This document shows, one piece after another, positions 10,801 through 22,180 of a stretch of 64,000 bases of DNA. The translations under genes and the position numbers were made by a program. The notes under the pieces are model-generated. The model did not search any database. It was not told where the DNA came from and was given only the letters and a program-made list of their open reading frames with translations. The first letter of the stretch is position 1; each line of letters begins with the position of its first letter. The stretch lies in the NCBI GenBank assembly GCA_965215185.1, contig OZ244034.1, forward strand, positions 1-64,000. Reading direction: 5' to 3'. Source of the DNA: Acidimicrobiia bacterium. GTDB taxonomy: Bacteria > Actinomycetota > Acidimicrobiia > Spongiisociales > ZC4RG35.

Positions 10801-13800
10801 TGGTGACGGTCACCGACAACGACACACCCGGTTTGGTGGCTGTGGAGTCGTTGATGGTGGCTGAGGAGGGGACGGTCATGTTTGATGTGAGTTTGGCGAC
10901 TCAACCGTCGGCGGTGGTGACGGTGACGGTCGGTTCGGGTGATACCGGGGCGGTGACGGTGAGCGATACCAGTTTGGTGTTCACTACTGGTGATTGGGGC
11001 ACCGCGCAGTCGGTGACCGTCACAGGTGTTGACGATGACGACGCCCGCGGTGAAACGGTTAATGTGTCACTGTCGGCCGGGTCGACCGACACCCAGTATG
11101 AGGGGAAGGTTGGCACGGTAGTGGTGACGGTCACCGACAACGACACCCGATCTGGTGGCTGTGGAGTCGTTGACCGTTGTTGAGGGCGGGACGGGCAGTT
11201 TCGAGGTGGTTTTGGCGACTCAACCGTCGGCGGTGGTGACGGTGACGATCGGTTCGGGTGATACCGGGGCGGTGACGGTGACCGATACCAGTTTGGTGTT
11301 CACTACTGGTGATTGGGGCACCGCACAGTCGGTGATGGTGTCGGGTGTGGAAGACGCCGACGCTAACAGCGAAGCGGTTAATGTGTCACTGTCGGCTTCG
11401 TCGACCGACACCCAGTATGAGGGGATAACCGGCACGGTAGTGGTGACGGTCACCGATAACGACACCGCCAATTTGGTGATATCCGAGTCGTCGTTGACGG
11501 TGGCTGAGGACGGGACGGGCAGTTTCGAGGTGAGTTTGGCGACTCAACCGTCGGCGGTGGTGACGGTGACGGTCGGTTCGGGTGATACCGGGGCGGTGAC
11601 GGTGAGCGATTCCAGTTTGGTGTTCACTACTGGTGATTGGGGCACCGCGCAGTCGGTGACCGTCACAGGTGTGGACGATGACGACGCCCGCGGTGAAACA
11701 GTTAATGTGTCACTGTCGGCCGGGTCGACCGATAGGGATTATCAGGGGAAGGTTGGCACGGTAGTGGTGACGGTCACCGATAACGACACCGCCGATTTGG
11801 TGATATCCGATTCGTCGTTGACGGTGGCTGAGGACGGGACGGGCAGTTTCGAGGTGAGTTTGGCGACTCAACCGTCGGCGGTGGTGACGGTGACGGTCGG
11901 TTCGGGTGATACCGGGGCGGTGACGGTGAGCGATACCAGTTTGGTGTTCACTACTGGTGATTGGGGCACCGCGCAGTCGGTGACCGTCACAGGTGTTGAC
12001 GATGACGACGCCCGCGGTGAAACGGTTAATGTGTCACTGTCGGCCGGGTCGACCGACACCCAATATGAGGGGAAGGCCGCCACGGTAGTGGTGACGGTCA
12101 CCGACAACGACACACCCGGTTTGGTGGCTGTGGAGTCGTTGATGGTCGCTGAGGAGGGGACGGTCATGTTTGATGTGAGTTTGGCGACTCAACCGTCGGC
12201 GGTGGTGACGGTGACGGTCGGTTCGGGTGATACCGGGGCGGTGACGGTGAGCGATACCAGTTTGGTGTTCACTACTGGTGATTGGGGCACCGCGCAGTCG
12301 GTGACCGTCACAGGTGTGGACGATGACGACGCCCGCGGTGAAACGGTTAATGTGTCACTGTCGGCCGGGTCGACCGACACCCAGTATGAGGGGAAGGTTG
12401 GCACGGTAGTGGTGACGGTCACCGACAACGACACACCCGATCTGGTGGCTGTGGAGTCGTTGACCGTTGTTGAGGGCGGGACGGGCAGTTTCGAGGTGGT
12501 TTTGGCGACTCAACCGTCGGCGGTGGTGACGGTGACGATCGGTTCGGGTGATACCGGGGCGGTGACGGTGACCGATACCAGTTTGGTGTTCACTACTGGT
12601 GATTGGGGCACCGCACAGTCGGTGATGGTGTCGGGTGTGGAAGACGCCGACGCTAACAGCGAAGCGGTTAATGTGTCACTGTCGGCTTCGTCGACCGACA
12701 CCCAGTATGAGGGGATAACCGGCACGGTAGTGGTGACGGTCACCGACAACGACACCGACGACTGCACCGCAGACACGGCCACGTTGTGCTTGGTGACAGT
12801 GGATGGGTCGGCGGACGGCCAGATCGAAAGAAACAGGGATGTGGACTGGTTCGCCACCGACCTGGACCCGGGCATCGTTTACAAGATGTATGCCGACGCT
12901 GGCGATCCTGATAAGGGCGAGTTGGAGGATCCGCAGATCACCGGCGTGTACAACTCGTCGGGTACGCTGATCGCCAACACGTCAGACACCGACTCGGGAA
13001 CCGCAGAGGACAGCCTGTTGACGTTCGAGCACACCGAGGCCGCTACCGCCACCCATTATGTGGCTGTGGCCCGGGAGAGCGGTACGGTGGGCACTTACCG
13101 GCTGTGGGTGGCGCGCCAGCATCCCGACACAAGCGTCTCGGAGTTGTCGGGGCAGGACTTCCCCAACCATGCCGGCACTCCGGGTTACGTGATGCCTGGC
13201 GACACTGTGTCAGGAGAACTCACGACCACAAACGACGCGGACTTTTACGGGATCTCGATGGAGGCGGGCCTGTCGTACCGGATCGACGTGCGGGGCGAGT
13301 GCACCGCCGATGCTGACGAGGACGGCGGCACGCAGCCCAACCCCTATGTGCAGCTTAGACGGAGCGACGGAACGAGGACGTTCACGGGCGTCGCCACTGA
13401 CCTCAACGCGGACCCCGAGGCCCCATTTCTTGACTTCACAGATGACCACAGCGGCAGTTGCAACAACCCGCTCATGGAAGTCGAAGCCCTCGCCGACGGC
13501 TTGCATTACATCGGGGTGACATCCTTTGGCCAGACCGGCACCTACACCGTGACCGTCACCGACATCACCGAGTATGAGGTCATCGAGATCACAGCGGGCG
13601 GGAGCCATTCGTGCGCACGGGTCGAAGACGGCGCGGTGGAGTGCTGGGGTCTCGGTGACGACGGCCAAACCACTCCGACGTCGGGCGAGTCGTTCACCCA
13701 GGTCGAGGCCGGGGCGACCGCGTCGTGCGGGGTGACCGCTGCCGGTGAGATCGAGTGCTGGGGGGTGGACGATTCCGGTAACGCCTTCTCGCCGTCGTCG

Positions 13801-16800
13801 GGTACCGATTTTGTGTGGGCCGGGACCGGCGAAGCTCACGGCTGCGGCCTTGAGAGCGACGGCGAGGTCAAGTGCTGGGGCAGCAATTCTGACAATCGCG
13901 CCACTCCACCGTCGGGCGCGACGTTCACCGCCATCTCGGTCGGCAACGAGTACAACTGCGGCGTCAAGACCGACCAGTCCCTGGCCTGCTGGGGCAAAGA
14001 CCAAAACGGCCGCGCCACCCCGCCGTCGACGGGCCAGTTCACCGCGGTGACTACCGGAGGAACGCATGCTTGTGCGATCAAGTCCGACAGCACGGTGGAA
14101 TGCTGGGGAAACAGCGCTGACGGCCGCGACGATGCAGGCACCGCAGCGTTTGCGTCGATCGACAGTCACGGCGACTTCTCCTGCGGCGTCAAGACCGACA
14201 AGAGCCTGCACTGCTGGGGGCTCGACTCCGACGACCGCGCAGTGTCCGGCGTTCCCGACACCGGCACCTATCTCGCGGTAGCGGTCGGCGCCGGCCACGC
14301 CTGCTCGCTGGCCGAAGACCACTCGGTGCGCTGCTGGGGTTCCAACGACAACGACAAGCTTCTCCCGCCGCTGACGCTGCCAGGGTTCAATGCGCTGCCA
14401 CGGTTCACGAGCAGCGACGTGGTGTCCGTGAACGAAGGAGGGAACTTGAACCACACAGTGGTGGCCGTCGATGACGACACAGACGACACCGACCTGGCTT
14501 ATGAAATCACCGGCGGCGACGACGCGGCAGTGTTCCAGATCGGCCCCTCAACGGGTGTGCTGACCCGCGCGGCCGCCGGATGGTTCGACTACGAGTTACC
14601 CGAGGACAACAATGTCGACAACTCGTACGAACTGGTGATTCAGGCGGCCAGCGGCACCGGCAACCGTGAGCGCACCGACGAGCAGGAAATCACCGTGACA
14701 GTGGTAAACAAGAAGGACCCCCCGGCGCCGGACACGCCGAGAGCCAATCGAATCGGAGATGACTTCGTGCAGATCATTTGGGCCATGCCTGTTAGATACA
14801 CAAGGCCTCCGCTCACCAGTGTCACAGTGCACTACCGCAAAGCCACCAGTCCGGACTATGTCGACTTCGTGACTTTTGCGCCGGACCCGCCCGACCTTTT
14901 GGTCGGCATGGTCGACGTGACCGGACTCGATTCAGACACCGTCTACGTTTTCAGCCTGCAAGTCGCCAACCCGAGAGGATCAAGCGAATGGTCCGACGAC
15001 ATCGAGGTCACCACAGACATCGAGGTCACCACCGACATCGCGGACGACTGTTCCGCCGACACCACCACCACATGCTCGGTGACGGTGGGCGGTTCCCAGA
15101 ACGGCACGATCGGGCGGGAGGACGAGGTCGACTGGTTCGCGGTGGATCTCGAAGCGGACGTTGCCTACAGGATGTATCAGACTCGCTATCCTTTCGGCGG
15201 CTACGTTGGTTTGGTGTTGATGGAACTCAGTGGCGTCTACGACTCGTCGGGACAGTTGGTAGAGGGCAGCGACAAGCCCGGGGAGGGCACGAACCAAGCG
15301 AGCTATCTGGTGTTCACGCCCCAGACCACTGGCCAGTATTTCGTAGCGGCGACCCGAATAGGCGCTGCTGGCAACACGTACCAGCTGTGGGTGGTGAAGC
15401 ATCTGCCGGATGACAGTGTCTCTGAGACAACAACCGACTTGCCGGGCCACCCGGGAACGCCGGGTCATGTAGTGGTCGGTGGCACTGCGACCGCACAGTT
15501 GCACGATATCTCTGAAGGTGATTACTTCGGGGTGCTACTCGAGCAGGACAAGACCTACCGCATCGAGGCCAAGGGCGAGTGTTTCCTCGACGACGGCGGT
15601 GACCTGCCTGATCCCACTGTGTACATAAAGCACATCACGGGGCCGGTCAACTCCCTACATATGGAAGAGGTGAACGAAACGGAGCCCATTGCATTCGGCG
15701 ACGACAACAGCGGCGCTTGCGACAACGCCCGGTTTGACGTCAGAGTGAAAAGCGGCGACGTTTACTACATCCAGGTGGTCAGCCGCCGTGGCGCGCCGGC
15801 GGACAACATCGGCACCTACACGGTGGCGGTGTCCGAAAGGCCGGATCCGGCGCTGGTGGTCCCTTCGACGCCGGTGTCGGTTGCAGAAGACGGTACAGCC
15901 ACCTACAACGTGTCCTTGGCGGCTCAGCCGACTGCGTCCGTGACGGTCACGGTGTCGGCGCCCGCCGGCAGCGGAGTGTCGGTGTTGCCGGCGTCGCTGC
16001 AGTTCACCACCGGCGACTGGAACACGGCACAAACAGTGACCGTCACGGGCATCCACGACGATGACGCTGTTGACGAGGAAGTGACGATCTCCCATGAGGC
16101 GTCCGGCGGCGACTACGAGAATGTGACCGCGGATGTGACTGTGATCGTGGACGACGACGACACGGCTGGTCTGAACGTCACAGGAACGCAGTTGATGCTC
16201 GACGAAAGCGGGTCGGGAACCTACGAGATGTCCTTGACGTCGTCGCCGACCACCGATGTTGTGGTGACGGTGAGGCGGACCGGCCGCGGCCTGTTGGTGT
16301 CACCAGCTAAGTTGACGTTCACCTCAGGCGACTGGAACACGGCCCAGACAGTGATGTTGACCGGCCTCGATGACAGCGACGGCGACGATCAGACCGTGAC
16401 CCTGGACCACAACTCTTGGGGTGGCGAATACGATTTGGTGACCGGCGATGCGGTGACTGTGACGATCACCGACGACGATGCGCCGGGCGTGACGGTGGAC
16501 CGGTCAAGCCTCGACCTTGACGAGGGCGGATCCGCCGTGTACACGGTGGTGCTGGACACGCGACCCTTGACAGATGTCACGGTGGAGGTCACCGACACCG
16601 ACGAAGTGGTGGCTTCACCGTCGACACTGCGGTTCACTGACTACAACTGGGACGTGCCGCAGACGGTGACCGTGACCGCTCGCCATGACGGCGACGCCCA
16701 AGACGACACGGCCTCGCTGACCCATGCTGCCACCGGCGGCGGCTACGACATGGTGAGCATCGACTCGGTGGCTGTTGCTGTTGACGACGATGACACTGCC

Positions 16801-19428
16801 CGGGTGACCGTGATGCCCGCGAGCTTGACCATGAAGGAGGGCTCGTCGGGGGTCTACCAGGTGGTGCTGGACACCCAGCCCGCCGGGACGGTGACCGTGA
16901 CGGCGACGGTGACCGGCAGCGGTGATGTGTCGGTGTCGCCGTCAACGATGACGTTTACCGCCGAAAACTGGGCGATACCCCGGCGGGTGACTGTCGACGC
17001 CGATACCGACACCGACACAACCGCGGATACCGCGACGGTTTCTCACACCGTGTCGGGCGGCGGCTACGACTCGGTGATCGCTTCAGACGTGGCGGTGTCT
17101 GTGACCGACGGTGCCACGCTGGGCGTTACGGTCTCGCAGACTGATCTGGCCCTGACCGAGGGGGACAACCTCGACTATACGGTGGTGCTCGACGCCGAGC
17201 CGACCGGCCCAGTGACGGTGACGGTGGCAGTGTCCGGCAACACCGACGTGACGGTCTCGTCTTCGACGCTGGTGTTCACGACCACCGACTGGCAAACGCC
17301 GCAGACAGTGAACGTGGAGGCGGCGGCCGACGCCGACGCCAGCGACGACCTCGCCACCGTCACCCATACGCTGAGCGGCGGCGGCTACGACTCGGTCGCC
17401 GCGCCCTCGGTCGCGGTGACGGTCTCCGACCCGATCGGCCCGGCGGTGCTCGCAGCCGTACGGGCCGGCGACGCCGCGTTCCGAGCCGAATGGTCCCCCG
17501 TCCATGTCAGGGACGATGTCACGATCACGCGATACGAGGTCCGTTACCAAACCGGGCAACTGGTTAAGACGGTCCAAGTGAATGGATCGGCAACCTCAGT
17601 TGTGGTGGACGACTTCACCGATGGGGGCAACTCCTACGGAAACAACTATCGCTACAACGTGACGTTACGGGTCGTCACCGACGCGGGCACCACCGACTGG
17701 TCGGACGTCAAGGATGTGCTCATTGGACGCCCGGAGGAGCTGAAATCGCTCAGGGCGGAGGGAGCCAACGGCAAGCTTCTCATCTATTGGAACCCTCCTC
17801 CCAACCAGGATCTCCTCACCCGTAACGGGAACCGCGTCAGATACTTCACGGCGGCCAGCGAAGCGGGCGGAACGCGCCAAAGCGGCTTCTTCACATACGA
17901 TACGCACGAACGCCATGATCGGACATCTTCAGGTGTCAGCCTTGTGAATGGCACTACATATCAGGTCGGAGTGACACCGAGCTTGTACGACACCAACGGA
18001 AATGAGATCGTTCGGGGGTCCGAAAAGGTAGTGGCAGGTATCCCGCAGGAAATCACGGTGCCGGAGAACGATTGGCGCCACCCCCAATTGCGGGAGGTTG
18101 CCGAGCACATAATCGCCGGACTGGAGTCTACCGATCCGACATACAGCGGCTGGGTTCGACAGGCTTGGGAGTGGATTGTGGAACAGGAAGACAACCCAAG
18201 CAGTCCTCCGTCTCTCAACTGGACTTACTACGGTCCACACGTTCAGGACGCCGCCAGCGGCATCCTGGGATACGTGTCGGTTCTCTGTACAAACACGGAC
18301 ACTGGACCGAACCGAAACCATCTGCCTTGGTGCAACGCCCCGAACGTTGTGATCGACATGTCTCTGTTCTGCGGCTTCCCGACCGATGAGTCGGCGTTCG
18401 ACACATGCGTCGACAGCGACACGGACGCAGACGTTGATCCGCAAGAGCTGAGCATGAACACCCAAATTCAGAGGACTTTCGTGCACGAGATGGGTCACAC
18501 CTACTTTGGGTCGGTGCGGGAGATGACCACCGATGTCGGCGAGGACTCTCTGCCGTGGGGGACAGCGTTGCTCTATTTCTTGGCCAACGGCCGTTCGACT
18601 TGGACACTGCCGGGCGGCACATGCCCCCATGAGTTGCTGGCAGTCATCGCCCAAATGGCCGTTCACGACGCAACCGTCACCAATTATCTCAACGACTGTC
18701 TTGGCATCAGCGGGACTACCGAGGTGACCTGCAACGATGCCGCGGTCGTGGCGTACTGCCAGGTCGTGCAAAGCGTGATAAGGGGCGAGGTTCCGCAGTG
18801 GTACTCCGACAATTACGGGGACGACTCCGAGAAACTCTGGTCCGACATTATTGAAGCGACAACCCTCGGAACAATGCGCGATCCAACCCACTTTAAAGCA
18901 TCAAAGGTCGGCTTGATCAACGCTTTTGCCGGTGAATTCGGCGGGTACTGCTCGCCAGCGGCGGTGACCAACGCCATGTTCGACTCCGACACCACCATTT
19001 CCAATCCGTGGGTGGATGGCGGCTGCGAGCCCAAGGCCCCACCGACGGTGACCGTCACCTCGGGCACTCTCGCCAACACATTCGAGGTGTCATGGACCGA
19101 GCCCGATGCTGAAGGCGGCGCGAAGCTCAGCGGCTATGAGGTGCAATGGAAGCGGGGCAACCAGGCCTACGACGACACGCGGCTCACGACGGTGGCAGAC
19201 AATGTGCTCACGACCACCATCGACGTGGGCACAGGCAACCAGGACACCTACATCAGGGTCCGAGCCGTCAACGAGATCGGAAAGAGCACCGGCGGCGAGG
19301 CGACCTGCACCTACAGCGGCGGCGCCTGGACATGCACCTTCGAGCCGCCCGCTTCCCGCAGTCAACGAAGCGACAGCGACGCGCCCCGACGCTGGCCCGC
19401 CAGCCCTGAGATCCCGAAACCAGAGTGA
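4855..19428 (+). CDS. Giant (~4,860 aa) secreted modular surface protein/adhesin with a C-terminal HEXXH metallopeptidase; interrupted by indels at ~5267 and ~11147
   Basis: ORFs 4771-5301, 5223-11183 and 11155-19428 join into one reading if 1 G is added at 5265-5267 and AC is added at ~11145. GTG at 4855 follows GGAAGG and leads into a signal peptide. Domains: PPC-like (DxVDYFxF), FN3 (LRWEEP..GGAPI..Y), cadherin-like, 22 Calx/Ig-like units, 7 RCC1 repeats, and HEMGH at 18484-18498. Confidence 0.8.
7281..12756 (+). repeat. Higher-order coding tandem array: 17 units of ~107 aa arranged as (ABCD)x4 + A, period 1290 bp
   Basis: GATCTGGTGGCTGTGGAGTCGTTGACC starts at 7281, 8571, 9861, 11149 and 12439. 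The copies are almost identical at DNA level. Confidence 0.95.
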
Positions 19429-19914
19429 GAGAGACCCGTTTGACGATCAGCGCGACTCGCCGACGCTTGCTAGGAGATTCACCAGGTTGTCGCCCTCATA
19501 GGAAGACATCAGATCATCCATCACTGCCGCACTTACCTCCAAGACAAAAAGGCTTACGGCTGTGATGCGCCGACCCCGGGCTTCCGACAGGTGATCCGTG
19601 TCAGTGGGTCCTAAACAAAGTAAGGGGGAACTTTCAGTGCTGTTGCCTGAGCCTGATGCCGATTGCGCCAACGTATGTTGGAGCAGTTGGCTGAGCCAGT
19701 TTGTCGGTTCTCCGCGTTTTGTGGGGTTTGTGTCCTGACTTTGGGTGGCCGCGTATCATCTATTGCTGTGGGAGTCGCAACCCGCCCGCGCATCCCCGGC
19801 TATCCCGCTGCCGATCTCACCGGCCACCCCTCGGAAGGTGGTTGCGGAACACGTGGATGCTCCGATATTTAGCCCAAGACACCATTTGGCTTGGAACTGC
19901 AAACCAAAGCGTCG

Positions 19915-20003
19915 GGCGAGGGAAAAATCAGACCATTCCCGCCGGATAGTCGGTGTGCTGCGTCGAGTACCGCCAAAGCTCCCGTACTCAAAGGCACTCG
20001 GTG
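19915..20003 (-). pseudogene. Eroded partial duplicate of the adjacent integrase gene
   Basis: GGCGAGGGAAAAATCAGACCATTCCCGCCGGATAGTCGGTGTGCTGCGTCGAG... aligns with 20567-20655 inside the integrase. Confidence 0.8.
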
Positions 20004-20039
20004 CTCAATGGTGGTCCCCCACTTTCGTGGGGTCGGGGT

Positions 20040-20236
20040 AGATGGATGCTTTTGCCGGTTGTTCGGTTGGCGGGAAAGAGTCCGGCGTAGGCGGCGAGCC
20101 GTGCTCGGTGGTGAGACGGTAGGGATTGCGGCAGGGGTAGTCGGCCAGTATCCACGCGTCGCGGGGGTCGGTTTGGCGCCGCGCCGGGGTACAAGTCGGT
20201 AGCGCGGCGGATCACTAGACGACTCTCATATGCCAC
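20040..20236 (-). mobile_element. Internally deleted IS110-family transposase remnant
   Basis: Frameshifted motifs IRRATDLYPG, (K)TDPRDAWILAD and LAAYAGLFPANRTTGKS match IS110 DEDD-transposase motifs. Confidence 0.65.
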
Positions 20237-20316
20237 TCAGTCTCAACGAAAGCCGGGGTGATGCAGTAGCGATCTGAGCCGTCTGTCCCAATCGGTGGCA
20301 TGGAATGGTTTGCCTC

Positions 20317-21477
20317 TCAGATGTTTAGGTATTGGCTCCAGTTTTGCATCAGTTGGCGGCGTCTTTCCAGTAGGTCGGTTCGAGCGTAGGCCTTTTCGAC
20401 CGCGTTTCGGATCTCGTGACCGAGGGCCCGTTCCGCCACTTCACGGCTAACACCGGTTTCCCCGCACCAATCCCGAAACGAGCTTCTCATCCCATGTGGT
20501 ACACAACCCACATCGTTTTCCTTGCACAGTTTGCTCATAGTGGCACTACTAAGCGGCCGCCCGGTAGGCGAGGGAAAAACCAGACCATCCCCGCCGGACC
20601 GTCGGTGTGCTGCGTCGAGAACCGCCAACGCCCCGCTGCTCAAAGGCACCCGATGTACTCGCTGTGTCTTGGTGTGCTCAGTGGGTATCGTCCAGATTGC
20701 GGCGGTGAGATCAATCTCTGCCCATGTGGCGTGTCTGACTTCACCGCTTCTGGTGGCGGTAAGGGTCAAGAACTTGAAAGCGGCGATCGTTGCCCAATGA
20801 GCATCGGTTGTTTCGACGGTTCGAATAGCAGCGCCGACCTGGCTGTGGGGTAGGGCCTTCATGTGTTGGGGTCGTTGGATGTTAGAACCCAACGCGGCGG
20901 TGATACGGTCGTCGGCTGGGTTGTTCTCTCGGAACCCCTGAGCGATGCACCACTTCATCACCGCCGAGATCCGCTGCTTGACACGGCGAGCCGTTTCGGG
21001 TTTTGGGTGCCATATGGGGGTGAGACAGGCCATGACATTGGCGGTCGTGATTAGGTCCACCCGCTTTTTCCCAAGGTGAGGATAGGCGTAGGTTTGGAGG
21101 CTCGACCGCCAGTGCTCTTCGGATTTGCCACCAGGTTTCCACTTGGCGGCATGAAGCCGGATCACCTGTTCGGTCGCTTGGCGAAAGGTAGGTGCCCTGC
21201 GGGCGCGGGGGTTGCGGCCTTCTTCGATGGCCTGGCGGTTTCGGAGGGCCCGTCGGCGGGCTTCGGCAAGGGTCACTGCCGGGTAGCTACCCAGCCCGAG
21301 GTTGGTTACTGTGCTGTTGATGCGGATCTTCTGAGCCCAAGACTTGGAAACTCGTCCCTCGATCTTGGTAGGTTTGACCAACAGAGAAAGCCCATGCCCG
21401 CCTCTACCGTCGCCATAGCGACCAGGTTGGCGTATAGTCCTAACGAATGTGGCCGAAAGTGTTGATGGTCGTTTCAC
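20317..21477 (-). CDS. P4-like tyrosine integrase with N-terminal arm-binding domain
   Basis: PGRYGDGRGGHGLSLLV...LGLGSYPAVTLAEAR (arm-binding domain). Catalytic TRSGE, HGMRSSFRDW and LGH...AYAR are all intact. SD GGGAG upstream. Confidence 0.93.
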   Translation of the reverse strand: MKRPSTLSATFVRTIRQPGRYGDGRGGHGLSLLVKPTKIEGRVSKSWAQKIRINSTVTNLGLGSYPAVTLAEARRRALRNRQAIEEGRNPRARRAPTFRQATEQVIRLHAAKWKPGGKSEEHWRSSLQTYAYPHLGKKRVDLITTANVMACLTPIWHPKPETARRVKQRISAVMKWCIAQGFRENNPADDRITAALGSNIQRPQHMKALPHSQVGAAIRTVETTDAHWATIAAFKFLTLTATRSGEVRHATWAEIDLTAAIWTIPTEHTKTQRVHRVPLSSGALAVLDAAHRRSGGDGLVFPSPTGRPLSSATMSKLCKENDVGCVPHGMRSSFRDWCGETGVSREVAERALGHEIRNAVEKAYARTDLLERRRQLMQNWSQYLNI

Positions 21478-21543
21478 TCCTCATCTCCCTTCGCTCTACC
21501 CTCGACATTGGGGCAGGGCATTCACGATTGTTTCCCTCTGTGA

Positions 21544-21610
21544 GTTATTCCGGCAGTTACCCCTTAAATCTTGGGATTGTGTGGAACCGCATGGGACGGC
21601 ATGGGACAAC
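21544..21610. promoter_or_regulatory. Probable integrase arm-type / RDF binding repeats of an att site
   Basis: Direct repeats GTTATTCC and GTTACCCC, then four 10-bp-phased units TTGGGATTGT, GTGGAACCGC, ATGGGACGGC, ATGGGACAAC (21571-21610) just upstream of int. Confidence 0.5.
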
Positions 21611-21694
21611 CCCACCACCACAAACAAACCCATGACCTGGCCAAATACGCGCCTAAAGGACACTTCAACCACCTAGGAAACCAATCTGTCTTGA

Positions 21695-21720
21695 CGTCAG
21701 CTCCACCACCATGGGTGGTG
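21695..21720 (+). other. Putative att core (tmRNA/tRNA-Ala-like 3' end) overlapping a hairpin
   Basis: CGTCAGCTCCACCA resembles the conserved ssrA 3' end. It overlaps the hairpin CACCACC-ATG-GGTGGTG, which is followed by TTT. Confidence 0.45.
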
Positions 21721-21885
21721 TTTACCCAGGTCAGAGGGAGAATTAGGGCAGTTGCGTTCCTTTGAGGTCTTGCTGGAGGATCTTTATGGCTGCTAGAGAC
21801 CTGGATCCGCGGTTGACCGGGAGAAATTCGAACCCTCATCCCGAACCGGTAGTCACCACACCCAGGTTGTGAGAGGGCGTGATTA

Positions 21886-22180
21886 TCAACCCTTGACCAG
21901 CGCTCGATCCTGGTAGATGCCTAAACCCAGGATGAGAAGCCAAACCAACACCACAATCCGCAGGGATGTGTAGATGCTGGTGAGCAGGCCGAAACCGAAT
22001 CCGTGAATGTGCTCTGACGGCATCAAACCAACGAACCCCACGGCCAAATAGATGGCCATGATCTTGCCAACCACCACATGGAATCGACTACTGAACAAGC
22101 CAGTAGCACACCACGCGAAAAGAGCGAATTCCACTAGGCCGAGAGTTCCTCCTACGTAGCGTAAGGACACTCGCATCATT
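21886..22180 (-). pseudogene. Membrane-protein fragment, unknown function
   Basis: About three hydrophobic segments in the 3' half of ORF 21886-22506; the 5' half does not look protein-like. Confidence 0.35.

Noticed and set aside
7281-12756. CRISPR array or non-coding repeat
   Set aside because: Units are ~320 bp, in-frame coding, with no unique spacers and no cas genes.
14998-15040. 18-bp tandem repeat (DIEVTT x2)
   Set aside because: Small in-frame linker duplication with no evident significance.
1375-19428. Diversity-generating retroelement acting on the repeat proteins
   Set aside because: No reverse transcriptase in the window and no TR/VR pair with adenine-specific mismatches was seen.
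20009-20035. IS3-like terminal repeat TGGTGGTCCCCCACTTTCGTGG (a similar one lies near 4385-4410)
   Set aside because: No partner IR or IS3 transposase sequence; too short to support.
21810-21840. tRNA gene on the minus strand (GAGGGTTCGAATTTCTCCCGGTCAACCG)
   Set aside because: Only a degenerate T-arm-like piece; no D arm, anticodon arm or matching acceptor stem. At most an old att fragment.
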